The notes beneath the pieces are model-generated. The model was not told where the DNA came from and ran no database searches. It saw nothing but the letters and a program-made list of their open reading frames with translations. Made by a program: the position numbers and the translations under genes. A stretch of 64,000 nucleotides of DNA from Sphingomonas sp. (GTDB lineage Bacteria > Pseudomonadota > Alphaproteobacteria > Sphingomonadales > Sphingomonadaceae): the NCBI GenBank assembly GCA_031369985.1, contig JANMPU010000034.1, positions 12,857-76,856 of the forward strand. The letters run 5' to 3'. Every line of letters starts with the position of its first letter. Positions within the stretch are counted from its first letter, which is position 1. Positions 1 through 10,124 of this stretch are shown one piece after another.

Positions 1-386
1 CGAAGCAAGCCCGCGTGATGGGCCGCGATCCGGTCTGTCCGTACCTGATGCCGTGCCACCGCTCGCACTGCCACTGCTCGCGCCTCCACGGCCACTTCGA
101 CCTCTTCTTCGGCTTCAATGACCGCGTCGGCGCGACTGCCCATTTGCGCTTTACTATGCTCAAGCCACAGCTTCGCTTGCCCGCATGCCGGGTCCGCCAC
201 AAACATGCCGCGCGCTTCATCGACCAGCGCTTCCTGCCGCGCAAGCGCCTGCTGCGCCGTATCCAGCACCGAAGCTGCGGCCTCATGCGCCAATCGCGCG
301 TCCTCTGATGCGCGGGTCAAGCGCAACCCACGCACATGCGCCACCCGCGTAAGACGGATGATGCCCGTCTTATCCGCCATCATCAT
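1..386 (-). CDS. sctO: Probable T3SS stalk protein SctO (YscO/FliJ-like); 3' end lies outside the window
   Basis: Absent from the ORF track because it runs off the left edge. My minus-strand translation from ATG 386 reads MMMADKTGIIRLTRVAHVRGLRLTRASEDARLAHEAAASVLDTAQQALARQEALVDEARGMF... and stays open to position 1. It is Ala/Arg/Glu-rich and coiled-coil-like. The start overlaps the sctN 3' end, and the position after sctN matches usual synteny. Confidence 0.4.
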   Translation of the reverse strand, partial: MMMADKTGIIRLTRVAHVRGLRLTRASEDARLAHEAAASVLDTAQQALARQEALVDEARGMFVADPACGQAKLWLEHSKAQMGSRADAVIEAEEEVEVAVEARAVAVRAVARHQVRTDRIAAHHAGLL

Positions 387-1689
387 CTCCAAAGCTGCGC
401 AGCCGCGCGACGCTATGGCTGATCGGCGTCGTGTCGTCGTTTGCCTGCCGAAGGAAAGAATTCATCGCGTCGCGGTCATCGAGCGCACGGTCGGCGAGCG
501 CATCGCGCCCCGACTGATACTCGCCCATCTGGACAAGCAAGTCGATCTCGTCGAGCTTGGCCAGCATCGACCGGAACGATTCCGCAGCTCGCTGTTGTGG
601 TGCGCTGGCGAGCTTGGGGAACAAGCGCGACAGGCTGCCCAGCACGTCGATGGCGGGATAATGCCCTTTTGCGGCCAGTTTGCGCGACAAGTGGATATGC
701 CCGTCGAGCAGCGAACGGACTTCCTCGCCAATCGGGTCGCCTTCCTCTTCCTCAAGCAGAACAGTGTAAATGCCCGTAATTGCACCCTGCGCCGACGATC
801 CTGACCGTTCGAACAGACGCGGCAATTCGGCGAACACCGACGGCGGAAAGCCGCGCCGCACGGCTGGTTCGCCCGCTGCCAAGCCGATCTCGCGCAGGGC
901 ACGGGCAAAGCGCGTGACGCTGTCCATCAGGAGGAGGACATGCTTGCCTTCCTCGCGCAGCCCCTCCGCAATGGCAGTTGCGACATGTGCCGCACGGACA
1001 CGCTCCATTGCGGGGCGGTCCGATGTAGCGACGATCACGACCGAACGCGCAAGACCCTCTGGCCCCAATGTATCCTCGACAAACTCGCGCACTTCGCGGC
1101 CGCGCTCGCCGATCATAGCGATGACGATTGCATCGGCTTTCGACTGCCGGGCGAGGTTGGCAAGCAACGTGCTCTTGCCGCCGCCAGCACTCGCGAAAAT
1201 GCCGACGCGCTGGCCGATGCCAATGGTCATCAGGCCATCAATCGCGCGGATGCCGGTTTCCATCGCGGTATCGACGATGGCGCGTTCCATAGGGTTCGGC
1301 GCGTTTGCATGAATTGGGCGATCCGGCGTGCGGCGAACGGGACCGAGTTCATCAAGCGGTTGCAATCGCGCATCAAGGACGCGGCCGAGCATATGCATCC
1401 CAAACGGCGTCCGGTCCTCACCACTGCGCAGGATGACGTCGCTCGCTAGGCTGAGCCCGCGAATGTCGCCCAACGGTGTCAAGATCGCATCGCCGTCGGA
1501 TAAGCCAATGACTTCGGCCCACAAGCGAAAATCGCTTTCAGGATCGATAATCTCGCAATTCTCGCCGATCCGAGCGCGCACCCCCGTCACGCGCAATGTC
1601 GTACCCAGCGCGCCGACAATCCGCCCGCGCTGTTCAAACATCGGTGCGGCATCAAGCGCGCGGAGGAGCGAAAGGCTATCGGTCCGCAT
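370..1689 (-). CDS. sctN: T3SS ATPase SctN (YscN/HrcN/FliI family)
   Basis: 439 aa. Walker A GIFASAGGGKSTLL and Walker B-like HVLLLMDSVTRFA, with a typical FliI/YscN C-terminal region. Flanked by sctL and an sctO-like gene. Confidence 0.95.
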   Translation of the reverse strand: MRTDSLSLLRALDAAPMFEQRGRIVGALGTTLRVTGVRARIGENCEIIDPESDFRLWAEVIGLSDGDAILTPLGDIRGLSLASDVILRSGEDRTPFGMHMLGRVLDARLQPLDELGPVRRTPDRPIHANAPNPMERAIVDTAMETGIRAIDGLMTIGIGQRVGIFASAGGGKSTLLANLARQSKADAIVIAMIGERGREVREFVEDTLGPEGLARSVVIVATSDRPAMERVRAAHVATAIAEGLREEGKHVLLLMDSVTRFARALREIGLAAGEPAVRRGFPPSVFAELPRLFERSGSSAQGAITGIYTVLLEEEEGDPIGEEVRSLLDGHIHLSRKLAAKGHYPAIDVLGSLSRLFPKLASAPQQRAAESFRSMLAKLDEIDLLVQMGEYQSGRDALADRALDDRDAMNSFLRQANDDTTPISHSVARLRSFGDDDGG

Positions 1690-2275
1690 CGTTTAATCCC
1701 CAGCGCGTGGCGAGCGCATCAAATTGGACCGACAGGCTAGCGATAATCCGGCCCGAGGCGGTCATGATGTGGCAATCGGTCGGGCCAAGATCAGGGTTTT
1801 GGGTGATGCTCACATGAGTGAGTGCGGCGAGATGCGCGCGCAAATCACCGGCAAGTGCGGGCGCGACATCAATGGTCACGGGCGTTTCGGTATCAAGCCG
1901 AGCCAATGTGCGGTCAACAACGCGGCGCATTGTTTCGCTCTCTTCTAGTTCCCCAACAATCGCACGGGCGGCGGCGAAAGCTGCTTCGGCAATGTCGGAG
2001 CGACGCGTTTCGGCGTGCGCCTCAATGGCGGCGGCAAAATCGGCGAGACCCGCCGCAACGGCGTGGCGCGCTTCTGCTATTGCTTCGTCGAGACCTACGC
2101 GGTGACCGTTATCGCGGGCGATTTCGGCCTCGGCAAGAGCGCGGTCGCGGAGATGTTTTGTTTCGGCCAGCACTGCAACGGCATCAGCAAAGGCAGTTCG
2201 CTGATGCGCTTTAACGACGGGGCGGCTGCTGTCGAGTAAGGCACCGTCATCGGCGTAAGCGAGGTGGAAGCTCAC
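1676..2275 (-). CDS. sctL: T3SS stator SctL (YscL/HrpE/FliH-like)
   Basis: Start refined to GTG 2275 (GTGA overlap with the upstream stop), giving about 200 aa. Ala/Glu-rich N half and a FliH/YscL-like C terminus (TPVTIDVAPALAGDLRAHL...GPTDCHIMTASGRIIASLSVQFDAL). Lies immediately upstream of sctN. Confidence 0.7.
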   Translation of the reverse strand: MSFHLAYADDGALLDSSRPVVKAHQRTAFADAVAVLAETKHLRDRALAEAEIARDNGHRVGLDEAIAEARHAVAAGLADFAAAIEAHAETRRSDIAEAAFAAARAIVGELEESETMRRVVDRTLARLDTETPVTIDVAPALAGDLRAHLAALTHVSITQNPDLGPTDCHIMTASGRIIASLSVQFDALATRWGLNDADR

Positions 2276-2745
2276 GGGCGTTGCACCAGATCGAACGCGG
2301 TTTCGGCCAGCGTGCGGGCTTCGGTATCGTTGGCAGCATTGGGGAAGCGCATTGCGAACGGCGCGGGGAGGCCGCGATGCAGGATCGACCACCCTTCGGC
2401 AGCCAGCGTTTCGGGGGTGGGAAGCGCGTTGCATTCGTCCGCTTCGTGGACGGGCAAAGCCGCCACCGCATCAAACAAGTCTTCACCAACGACATCGGCC
2501 AGCGCCGCCAGCTTTTTCCCCGAAAGTTCGCGGTTGAGCGCACCTTTGTGCCGCAAAAGTCCCGCCGCCATCGCGACCGGAACCTGCGCATCATCAGCCA
2601 GCATCAGCCAACGCGGGACTGCGGCGAGGTCCGCGAAGTTTGGCCCTGCAACGCCTGCCATCCGGTTTGTAAACCGGCCTCCACGCGTGTCGGCCATGCC
2701 AAGCGCGTCGAGTTGCGCGGCACGGCGGGCAGTACGCTCGCTCAT
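2272..2745 (-). CDS. Putative T3SS sorting-platform protein SctK, assigned by position only
   Basis: 157 aa from ATG 2745 (ATGA overlap with the sctJ stop). No motif recognised. Occupies the sctJ-sctK-sctL slot seen in Ysc-type gene order. Confidence 0.4.
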   Translation of the reverse strand: MSERTARRAAQLDALGMADTRGGRFTNRMAGVAGPNFADLAAVPRWLMLADDAQVPVAMAAGLLRHKGALNRELSGKKLAALADVVGEDLFDAVAALPVHEADECNALPTPETLAAEGWSILHRGLPAPFAMRFPNAANDTEARTLAETAFDLVQRP

Positions 2746-3485
2746 CCCTTGGGTGTCAGCGATGCTGGTAAACCACTCCGCCGCCGCGCGCGCCACAGTG
2801 CTCGGCCTGCAATCAGCAGCAGCACTAGCGCGCCAATGCCCGCTGCGACGCGCGCCAACGTGCCCATCTCGATACTGCTCGATGCTGCGGCCGTCGCGGG
2901 CAATGCCTGCGCAGGCACCATGACGACCGAGACGCGGTCATAAGTCAGGCCATCAATACCATTCGTGACCAGCGCCTTGATCGCCCCTGTCTGGCTGCGC
3001 AGATCAAAGCCAGTGCGGTATTTGACGAATACCGACGCCGCTGATGGCTTGGCTTCGCGCGACAACGGATCGGCCTCGGGCATGGTCAGGTGGACGCGCG
3101 CCTGAACCACGCCATCAATCTCGCTGATTGTCCGGCTAAGCTCCTGACTGAGGCCGTAAATCAGCCGCGCGCGTTCCTCAAGCGGGGTCGACGTAAAGCC
3201 TTCTTTTTTGAACACCGTGCCGAGCGAGTCATAATTCTCGCTTGGCAAACCTTGCGCGCGCAGCGTTTCGACCGCGCGGGCAAAATCGTTAGAGTCGACG
3301 GCGATGCTCCAATTGTCTTTCTCGCCCGCGATTTTCGATGCTTTGATGCCGCTTTGCGACAGCACGGCAATCATCTCATTCGCGCTGGTCTCGGTCAGCT
3401 TGCCGTAAACTTCCTGCTGCCCACAGCCAGCGAGCAACAGCATAGCGGGCAAGGCCACCCAAGCGAGAACAGGCCGACCTATCAT
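2742..3485 (-). CDS. sctJ: T3SS inner-membrane ring lipoprotein SctJ (YscJ/HrcJ)
   Basis: Start refined to ATG 3485 (ATGA overlap with the sctI stop). Lipobox LLLAGCG, a YscJ-like EVYGKLTETSANEMIAVLSQSGIKASK segment, and a C-terminal TM helix (GIGALVLLLIAG). Confidence 0.9.
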   Translation of the reverse strand: MIGRPVLAWVALPAMLLLAGCGQQEVYGKLTETSANEMIAVLSQSGIKASKIAGEKDNWSIAVDSNDFARAVETLRAQGLPSENYDSLGTVFKKEGFTSTPLEERARLIYGLSQELSRTISEIDGVVQARVHLTMPEADPLSREAKPSAASVFVKYRTGFDLRSQTGAIKALVTNGIDGLTYDRVSVVMVPAQALPATAAASSSIEMGTLARVAAGIGALVLLLIAGRALWRARRRSGLPASLTPKG

Positions 3486-3895
3486 TGCTGCTTGAACAAT
3501 TGCTGGACGCCGTCCGAGCTGCGGTTGGCGATGTTCGAAGTCAGCTGCGCCTGAAACATGAATTCCTGGCATTTCATCGTCAGCTGGACGATCTCGCCGG
3601 GGGTTAGCTGCCCGCCGCTCGCTTCTGCCGTCGCTGCATATTCGGACACTGATTTGGCCTGAATATTGACCTGATCAAGCGCCCCGAACAGCCCTTTGAT
3701 TGGCGCCGGGACGCTACCCGTAGGCGTGAGAGCCTCAATCCCGCCGACGCGCGAAAGCGATTGGTGGAACCGTGCCTCAAGCTGTGGTGTGGGCGCGCCT
3801 GCACCACCTGCGGGGGCCAGTTCGACCACTCTTGCGCCCCCAATTTTGGCGCCCGACGATTGCGCGGCGACCGCGCTGACGGGATCGATTGCCAT
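3482..3895 (-). CDS. sctI: T3SS inner rod protein SctI (YscI/PrgJ-like)
   Basis: 137 aa. The C-terminal helix LTPGEIVQLTMKCQEFMFQAQLTSNIANRSSDGVQQLFK resembles the YscI/PrgJ C termini. Located between sctF and sctJ. Confidence 0.6.
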   Translation of the reverse strand: MAIDPVSAVAAQSSGAKIGGARVVELAPAGGAGAPTPQLEARFHQSLSRVGGIEALTPTGSVPAPIKGLFGALDQVNIQAKSVSEYAATAEASGGQLTPGEIVQLTMKCQEFMFQAQLTSNIANRSSDGVQQLFKQQ

Positions 3896-3897
3896 AT

Positions 3898-4200
3898 TCA
3901 GCCTTTCCGCGCCATTGTTTCAAGCGCTTTCGATACGCTGTCGAGCGAGGTGTGCGAGCTTTGCGAGAGGAAGCTCAGGCGCATTGATTCTGCGCTCAGC
4001 TTGGTAATGTCCGACGGTTTGTCGCCACCCTGTGACAGCTGCTCTGACTGTGTGACGATGACGTCGGCTTGCTTGTCGAGCGCTTTGCCCCACGCGCCGG
4101 CGAAGGCTTCGAACCAGTTTTTCGATTTGGTATCGAAATCGCCCATGCTCGGCGCGGCGGCGATGTTGCCCAGGGCGTTGTTTGAAATGGAATCGGTCAT
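3898..4200 (-). CDS. sctF: T3SS needle-family protein SctF (100 aa)
   Basis: Helix-loop-helix layout: helix WFEAFAGAWGKALDKQADVIV, loop GGDKPSD, then helix ...SLDSVSKALETMARKG. This resembles the MxiH/PrgI/YscF hairpin with its P-S/D-containing turn. Position is sctD-sctF-sctI. Confidence 0.6.
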   Translation of the reverse strand: MTDSISNNALGNIAAAPSMGDFDTKSKNWFEAFAGAWGKALDKQADVIVTQSEQLSQGGDKPSDITKLSAESMRLSFLSQSSHTSLDSVSKALETMARKG

Positions 4201-5435
4201 GAAGTCGTCCTTTCCTTAGTCTCACTGTTAATTGGTGTTGGTGATTGTGATGTCGTCGCGGGCGCCGGTGGGGTCGGTGCGCCCAGAACCAGTTCCTCGA
4301 CGCGTCCGTCGCGCTCGAAACTGGCACGGCCATTGCCGATGGCAATGATTTTGTGCCCCGTCGGCACTTGCGATCCAGCGAACCAGTGCGTGCCGTCGGC
4401 AGTCACAATGTAGCCGGGCGTGCCATCGACGAACGAGGCAAGGCCGAAGGCGGACCCTGAAAAGAAATATTGAAGGTCGCGGTCGCCGCGGCTGTTTTGC
4501 GTGGCGAACGCGACGCGGGTAATGCCGGGCAAGTCGCGACGGATGAGCTTGATTAACTCGTCCTGCCGGTCCGTGGGAAGGAATTCAGTCGTGACCAGCA
4601 AACTGTTGCCGCGCATCGGCTTGGCGTCGGCGTCGATCCCCTGTGCGCGCAACATGTCAGTTGCGGCGGCGGCCATGCCCTGCATCGTGTCGACGTCAAT
4701 GCTAGCGCCGCCAATGCGCGCGGCGACGAGGGTGCGGAGGCGGGCGAGTTCGGTGTCATCCTTGACCACGCCGGTGATGACTGGCCCTTGCCCCGTCGCG
4801 CCGTCGGATATGGTCAGGGCACCAAACCCTTGACCGGCGAGGATCGTTTTGTTGTTTTCAATGCCGTTAAACTGTCCGCCGATCCAGCGCGTCGCCGGGC
4901 CGCCAGCAATGGCGAGCAACAGGAGGCCACCCGCCAGCAAACCGTAGAGCGGCCAGTTATGATCACCTGCCATCGCCTCGCGCAACGGATACAGCCGAGT
5001 CGTCAGGCGTTCGACCAGCGCCGCTTGGGGCGCAGCAGCGGACAGTTCGGCCGAAGCAGGGGTAATCATTGTTGAAAGCCGCTCGACTTCGGCCCAACGA
5101 TCCGACTCGGCTTCTCCAATCGCAATTGTGAAGTTGCCAAGCGTCAACGGCACGAACGCGGGGAGGCTGGCTTCCTCGGCTGCCGCAACGGGCCGCCCCA
5201 ACAAGGCCACTTCGCCCGCGACAACGCGGATTGTCGCGATGTCGGCACCCAAATGAAGCTCAAGCGACAGCCCCCTTGTGGAGGCATCACGCAACACGAC
5301 ATCATGGTCGAACGCATGGCCGATGCGGATATATTTACCGAGGGGCAGGCGGTGTTCCGCGCCTTTCGACCGACCGGCCAGTACACGCAGGACCAAATGC
5401 CCGACCATCAGCGGTGACGGGAAGGGAGCGTTCAC
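4197..5435 (-). CDS. sctD: T3SS inner-membrane ring protein SctD (YscD/EscD-like, N-terminal FHA)
   Basis: 412 aa. FHA-like N terminus (LVLRVLAGRSKGAEHRLPLGKYIRIGHAFDHDVVLRD), a single TM helix (LYGLLAGGLLLLAIAGG), and a periplasmic C-terminal region. GTGA overlap with the sctC stop. Confidence 0.7.
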   Translation of the reverse strand: MNAPFPSPLMVGHLVLRVLAGRSKGAEHRLPLGKYIRIGHAFDHDVVLRDASTRGLSLELHLGADIATIRVVAGEVALLGRPVAAAEEASLPAFVPLTLGNFTIAIGEAESDRWAEVERLSTMITPASAELSAAAPQAALVERLTTRLYPLREAMAGDHNWPLYGLLAGGLLLLAIAGGPATRWIGGQFNGIENNKTILAGQGFGALTISDGATGQGPVITGVVKDDTELARLRTLVAARIGGASIDVDTMQGMAAAATDMLRAQGIDADAKPMRGNSLLVTTEFLPTDRQDELIKLIRRDLPGITRVAFATQNSRGDRDLQYFFSGSAFGLASFVDGTPGYIVTADGTHWFAGSQVPTGHKIIAIGNGRASFERDGRVEELVLGAPTPPAPATTSQSPTPINSETKERTTS

Positions 5436-7276
5436 CGCGAACCCCCCTCTTTATAGCGGCGGCTGCCGCCCCCCTGTAGCTGCTCGAGCGGGATGACCCG
5501 TGGCTGCTGTTGGGCGGATGTCGGTGTTGCGCTCTTGCCCTGTGAGAGAATGCGCGCCGTGATCAGGAACAGGCGTTCGAAATGCGATCCGCCTTTGCTC
5601 CGTTTCCGCGCCAGCTGGCCAATAACAGGAATGTCGCCCAGGACTGGCACTTTCGATTTATAGTCATATTCGGTGTCGATCGTCATGCCGCCAATCATCA
5701 GGCTTTCGCCCTGTTTGACGACGGCATTGGTGTTGATGCTCGATTGCTTCACTGCCGGGATGCCATCGACAATGAGACCGCTGGGGGAACCGTCCACGAT
5801 GTCGATGGCAAGACGTGTGCGCAGCTCTCCGCCGTCATAAAGCACCGACGGGTTGACGCGCATGATAAGGCCCGCCGTGATCGGGAACAGGTCCACCTGC
5901 CGGTCACCCGCGACGCGCGCATAATAAGTGACCTGATTGTTGAAAATGACCGGGATGTTGTTGAGCGTACTCATCCTCGGGCGCGAGATGACGCGTAACG
6001 CACCCGATTTCTCCAGCGCGGTGATCCGCACCGCAAACCCCGCAAGCGCACCCGTCAATATGTTCGCACCGATGTTGCCGGCCGAAAACCCTTGCGTCGG
6101 ATTGCTCTGTTGCCCACCGAATAGCGCATTGAGATCGCCGTTCTGAAGGCTGAAATTGATGCCGAGTTCCTTGAGTCGCGTGACATCAAGTTCAAGGATT
6201 GTCGCTTCAATTTCAATCCCGCGCGGTTCGACGTCGAGGCCGCGAATGATGTCTTCATAAACCGACATTGATTCAGGGCGGTCGCGGACAATGACGGCGT
6301 TGTTGGTTGAATCGACTTCAACACGCGGTCCATTCACGTCGCGGATGCTGACGGCGCGCGCTTGGGGGCTAGCGCCTCCCACCTGTGCATCGTCATAATC
6401 CTGTTGCGACGCATCCGGTGGCACCGATCCCAAGCCGCGTCCCAGCAGGCGAGGCAGCGATTGCCGCGCGATATCGAAATTGCCGCTGGTCGATACCGTT
6501 TCCGAAGGACGGCCATCGCCCATGATGCCGCGCAGGATAGAGCCAACGCCAGGCGTTACGTCGGTGCGGTCAAAGCTCTTTTGGATCGTGTCATCGGCGC
6601 GCGCGTAGCGGAGATAGAAGATACGGACTTCGTAAGGATTGCGCGAGCTGGCTTGCGCGATGACTTGCGAACGGACGGTTTGCAAAGCTGCCGGTCCGGC
6701 AAGCATCGGCGAAATGACAGTCGCTGACGCTGGCGTTGTATTGCGTACGACTGGCACGGTTGCAGTGACGACAGGCGGCGCATTGACTGCCGCCGTCCGG
6801 ACCGATCCCGCCAGTTTTTCAACGCGGTCGAGGAAGGTCGGAACCCCTGTTGCGCTTACAGATCCGGTCGATGCGACGAGGATGTTTGATGCATCGGCAA
6901 TCTGCATCCGCTTCGCATCATTCACGACGGTGGCGGGGGATGCGGTTGCGAAGCTGCGCGTCTGGATTTCGCTGGCGGCGTAAACGCGGACAACAGCGCC
7001 GTCATAATAGGCAACCAGATTGAAAGCGCGCGACAATTGCATCCAAATTTCGGCAGGGGTCGCTGTGAAGGTGCCGTTCATTTTGGCGTTGACGGCGGAG
7101 CTGACTTTGACGCGCAGGCCCGCTTGCCCAAACAAATCGTTCACGACGTTCGCCACCGACTGGCTGCGCGCAGTGATGGTGATCGTTTTAGCGGGGAAGG
7201 GCGGCGCAGCGGCCATCACCGCGACCGGCGCGAAAATCAAGACCGTACAAAAGAATAGGCGTACCAAACGGGTCAC
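5432..7276 (-). CDS. sctC: T3SS outer-membrane secretin SctC
   Basis: 614 aa with a signal peptide. C-terminal secretin domain (VPVLGDIPVIGQLARKRSKGGSHFERLFLITARIL) and N-domains typical of YscC/HrcC. Confidence 0.9.
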   Translation of the reverse strand: MTRLVRLFFCTVLIFAPVAVMAAAPPFPAKTITITARSQSVANVVNDLFGQAGLRVKVSSAVNAKMNGTFTATPAEIWMQLSRAFNLVAYYDGAVVRVYAASEIQTRSFATASPATVVNDAKRMQIADASNILVASTGSVSATGVPTFLDRVEKLAGSVRTAAVNAPPVVTATVPVVRNTTPASATVISPMLAGPAALQTVRSQVIAQASSRNPYEVRIFYLRYARADDTIQKSFDRTDVTPGVGSILRGIMGDGRPSETVSTSGNFDIARQSLPRLLGRGLGSVPPDASQQDYDDAQVGGASPQARAVSIRDVNGPRVEVDSTNNAVIVRDRPESMSVYEDIIRGLDVEPRGIEIEATILELDVTRLKELGINFSLQNGDLNALFGGQQSNPTQGFSAGNIGANILTGALAGFAVRITALEKSGALRVISRPRMSTLNNIPVIFNNQVTYYARVAGDRQVDLFPITAGLIMRVNPSVLYDGGELRTRLAIDIVDGSPSGLIVDGIPAVKQSSINTNAVVKQGESLMIGGMTIDTEYDYKSKVPVLGDIPVIGQLARKRSKGGSHFERLFLITARILSQGKSATPTSAQQQPRVIPLEQLQGGGSRRYKEGGSR

Positions 7277-9240
7277 TCGGCAAACTCCCTTTGCACCTGG
7301 TCGGTCAGGCTCTCGGGCGCGCTGTTAAGCTCGCCAACAATATCAAGCGGAACCGACGGGTTAAGTTCGTTGAAACTGATGACTGGGACGTCGAACAAGT
7401 CGGCGGCAATCAAAAGGCGAAGCGGACGACGCAAATCCTGCGCGGTCAAAATCGCGCGTGCGCCGCTAGCTTCGACTTCTTCGGACAGAAGCGCGATCAG
7501 CGCGCGCATCTGGTGCGGGTTGATGGCGAGGCGCATCTGTCCATCGACCGGGGTCAGGGTGTGGCGAATGATTTCTTCGAGATTGCTGCCGACCATCAAC
7601 ACGCGCAGGCGGCCATTTTCGCAAATCGGCGCGATCAAATGACGGCGCATCATGACGCGCGCACGTTCGGCCATCGGAATGGCTTCGCGTTCATACTGGC
7701 CAATGTCGCCAATTGCTTCGATGGCATCGCGGAAATTGCGCAAGGGCACTGATTCATCGACCAGCAGCCGCAGCGTTTCGGCGATTTTTCCCGTGGGCAC
7801 GGCACGCACAGCTTCTTTCACGACTTCGGGATGTGTTTCGCCCAGCGCGTTCAGCTGGTCAGTGACCTCTTGCAGGCCAAGGAAGAGCCCCAGGTTGCGA
7901 CCCAGAAGGTGCTCGACATAATTGGAAAGGCGCGTCGCAATATCGTCGCCTTCGATGACGCCACTGCCGATGGGCGCGTCATGCGCCAACAGGGACCATC
8001 CATTGGCAGGAATGTTACCCGTTTCGTCAGCAACAATGCGAAGCGCAGGGACGGCAACGCCACTGCGTTCCTGAAGAGATGCGATACCTTTGCGTACCTG
8101 TTCGGTCAGAGCGGCAAACTGTAGCGACGTCGCGGACATGCCGACCGTCAGGCGAATGGGATCGAGCGAGGGCAGGGCGGCCGACTGTATCGTTGTCTCG
8201 CCCGGAATTGCCGTCTGGTCAGCAACCGCAAAACCGGTTCTTTCGCGCACCCAGCGGCCCGATGTCGGATGGTTGATCACTCCGGCTCCGATCAGGACAG
8301 CAGCGATGGCGAGGAAAACGAATGTCGGAAAGCCCGGGACAAGGCCCAGCAGGACGGCGAGACCGCCAGCAATCATCAAAACGTGAGGCTTCCCGGAAAT
8401 CTGGCGTGCGATTGCCGGACCCAAATCGCGGTCGCGCGCTTCGTCGGTGGTGCGCGTGACAAGCAAGCCAGCAGCCATCGCAGAGAACAGCGCGGGGATT
8501 TGCGCGACCAGACCTTCGCCGATGGTCAAGATCGAAAAGGTTGCGGCCGCCTGACTAACCGACATGCCATGGTGCATCATCCCCGTCGCAAGACCGCCAA
8601 GCAGACAGATCAGGACGATGACGATGGACGCAATCGCATCGCCCTTCACAAACTTCATGGCCCCGTCGAGGCTGCCGTGGAGCTTGCTTTCCATTTCCAA
8701 AGTGTTGCGCTTTTCGCGGGCCTCGTCCTTGGTCAAGATACCCGAACGAAGGTCGCTGTCGATCGACAATTGCTTGCCGGGCATGGCGTCGAGGCTGAAG
8801 CGTGCGGCGACTTCCGCCACACGTTCAGCGCCTTTGGCGACCACAATGAACTGCACCACAGTGATGATCAGAAACACGACGAGGCCGACGACGATGTTGC
8901 CGCCTGCAACCATTTCACCAAATTGTTGGATGATCATGCCGCCCTCTGCGGTGCCGAGGATCATCCGCGTCGTCGATACGCTGATCGCGAGCCGGAACAG
9001 CGTGGAGATGAGCAGCACTGTGGGGAAAGTCGAGAAATCAAGCGGCTTCACAACGTAGACGGCACTGAGCAGCAGCAAGATGCCGATTGTCATGTTGATA
9101 GCGATCAACACGTCGAGCACGAACGGCGGCATCGGGATGATCATGAGCATGACCACTGCCACGATCACGCCGACCAGCATGACGTCGGCACCACGCACCG
9201 GCAGCGCGCGGAACTTTGCGAAGGGAAGCGTCCGTGCCAA
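7273..9240 (-). CDS. sctV: T3SS export gate protein SctV (LcrD/HrcV/FlhA family)
   Basis: 655 aa. Multi-TM N half with an FHIPEP-like segment (KGAERVAEVAARFSLDAMPGKQLSIDSDL) and a cytoplasmic C-terminal domain. Confidence 0.95.
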   Translation of the reverse strand: MARTLPFAKFRALPVRGADVMLVGVIVAVVMLMIIPMPPFVLDVLIAINMTIGILLLLSAVYVVKPLDFSTFPTVLLISTLFRLAISVSTTRMILGTAEGGMIIQQFGEMVAGGNIVVGLVVFLIITVVQFIVVAKGAERVAEVAARFSLDAMPGKQLSIDSDLRSGILTKDEAREKRNTLEMESKLHGSLDGAMKFVKGDAIASIVIVLICLLGGLATGMMHHGMSVSQAAATFSILTIGEGLVAQIPALFSAMAAGLLVTRTTDEARDRDLGPAIARQISGKPHVLMIAGGLAVLLGLVPGFPTFVFLAIAAVLIGAGVINHPTSGRWVRERTGFAVADQTAIPGETTIQSAALPSLDPIRLTVGMSATSLQFAALTEQVRKGIASLQERSGVAVPALRIVADETGNIPANGWSLLAHDAPIGSGVIEGDDIATRLSNYVEHLLGRNLGLFLGLQEVTDQLNALGETHPEVVKEAVRAVPTGKIAETLRLLVDESVPLRNFRDAIEAIGDIGQYEREAIPMAERARVMMRRHLIAPICENGRLRVLMVGSNLEEIIRHTLTPVDGQMRLAINPHQMRALIALLSEEVEASGARAILTAQDLRRPLRLLIAADLFDVPVISFNELNPSVPLDIVGELNSAPESLTDQVQREFAE

Positions 9241-9242
9241 AA

Positions 9243-10064
9243 TCAGCGGCCCGCCAGATTCTGTTCGGACAGCAAGCGCTGATAATTGCCCAGCACTTTC
9301 TGCACATATTGCTGCGTTTCGGCATAAGGCGGAATGCGGTTGCCATATTTTGCCACTGCGCCTTCGCCCGCGTTATAAGCGGCAAGTGCTAGCGGAAAAT
9401 CATTGTATCGCGCGTGCAGTCGCCGAAGCAGCCGCGCGCCGCCATCGACGTTGCTTTCCGGGTTTGCAATTGAAGCAGCGCCAATGCCGAGCATCCGTGC
9501 GGTCGCGGGCATCAATTGCATCAAACCGCGTGCCCCTGCGTGGCTGGTTGCCTGAACTTTGTAAGATGACTCTTGTTTGATGACCGCGTGCAGCAATAGT
9601 GGATCAATCCGGTGCCGTTCGGCGACACGCGCAATCATATCGTCATAAGGCGTCGAATAACTGATCGGGCGCATCGACAAGATGGCGCCCGAACCGGGAT
9701 CACCCGCTCCGCTTACCGCCTCTGAATAAGTGACTGGCACAAATTCTTGCGACTTGGGCACGATGCGAATGACGTTGCCGCCGTCGATCCCCGCCATGAT
9801 GCGCCGCGCCCGGGGCTCATCGTCGGGCGTGATGCGAATGTCGCGCGGTTCGGTGTAGTCGCGAACGCTTGCCGGGGCGACGATCACTTTGTCCGCCGTG
9901 CAGTTGTCCAGCATTTGAAAGCCCGCCAACGAACTCGATCCCGCCACTCGGAGCTGCCCTTCAATCGGGCAGGGCGGCATGGGAAATGGCTTGTCTTTGG
10001 CGCTCGCAGCTGCCGCATAGAAACTGGTAACGGCCAGCAGTCCGATCGTTACGCCACCCTTCAT
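9243..10064 (-). CDS. T3SS-associated lytic transglycosylase (SLT domain; IagB/IpgF/HpaH-like role)
   Basis: SLT motifs IKQESSYKVQATSHAGARGLMQLMPATA and AAYNAGEGAV. Likely start is ATG 10064, which gives the signal peptide MKGGVTIGLLAVTSFYAAAASA. It is the first gene of the minus operon. Confidence 0.85.
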   Translation of the reverse strand: MKGGVTIGLLAVTSFYAAAASAKDKPFPMPPCPIEGQLRVAGSSSLAGFQMLDNCTADKVIVAPASVRDYTEPRDIRITPDDEPRARRIMAGIDGGNVIRIVPKSQEFVPVTYSEAVSGAGDPGSGAILSMRPISYSTPYDDMIARVAERHRIDPLLLHAVIKQESSYKVQATSHAGARGLMQLMPATARMLGIGAASIANPESNVDGGARLLRRLHARYNDFPLALAAYNAGEGAVAKYGNRIPPYAETQQYVQKVLGNYQRLLSEQNLAGR

Positions 10065-10124
10065 CTGCACCGCTCCTGTTGCGCGCCGGAAAAATATCCG
10101 CCGCCCCCGAAATCGATGCCCCAC

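Noticed and set aside
8269-9282. 337-aa plus-strand ORF inside sctV, the 292-aa ORF 12966-13844 opposite sctR, and plus-strand ORFs 15-308, 118-804 and 770-1312 opposite sctO/sctN.
   Set aside because: They are antisense to strongly supported T3SS genes, have His/Asp/Arg-rich biased composition, and show no recognisable motifs.
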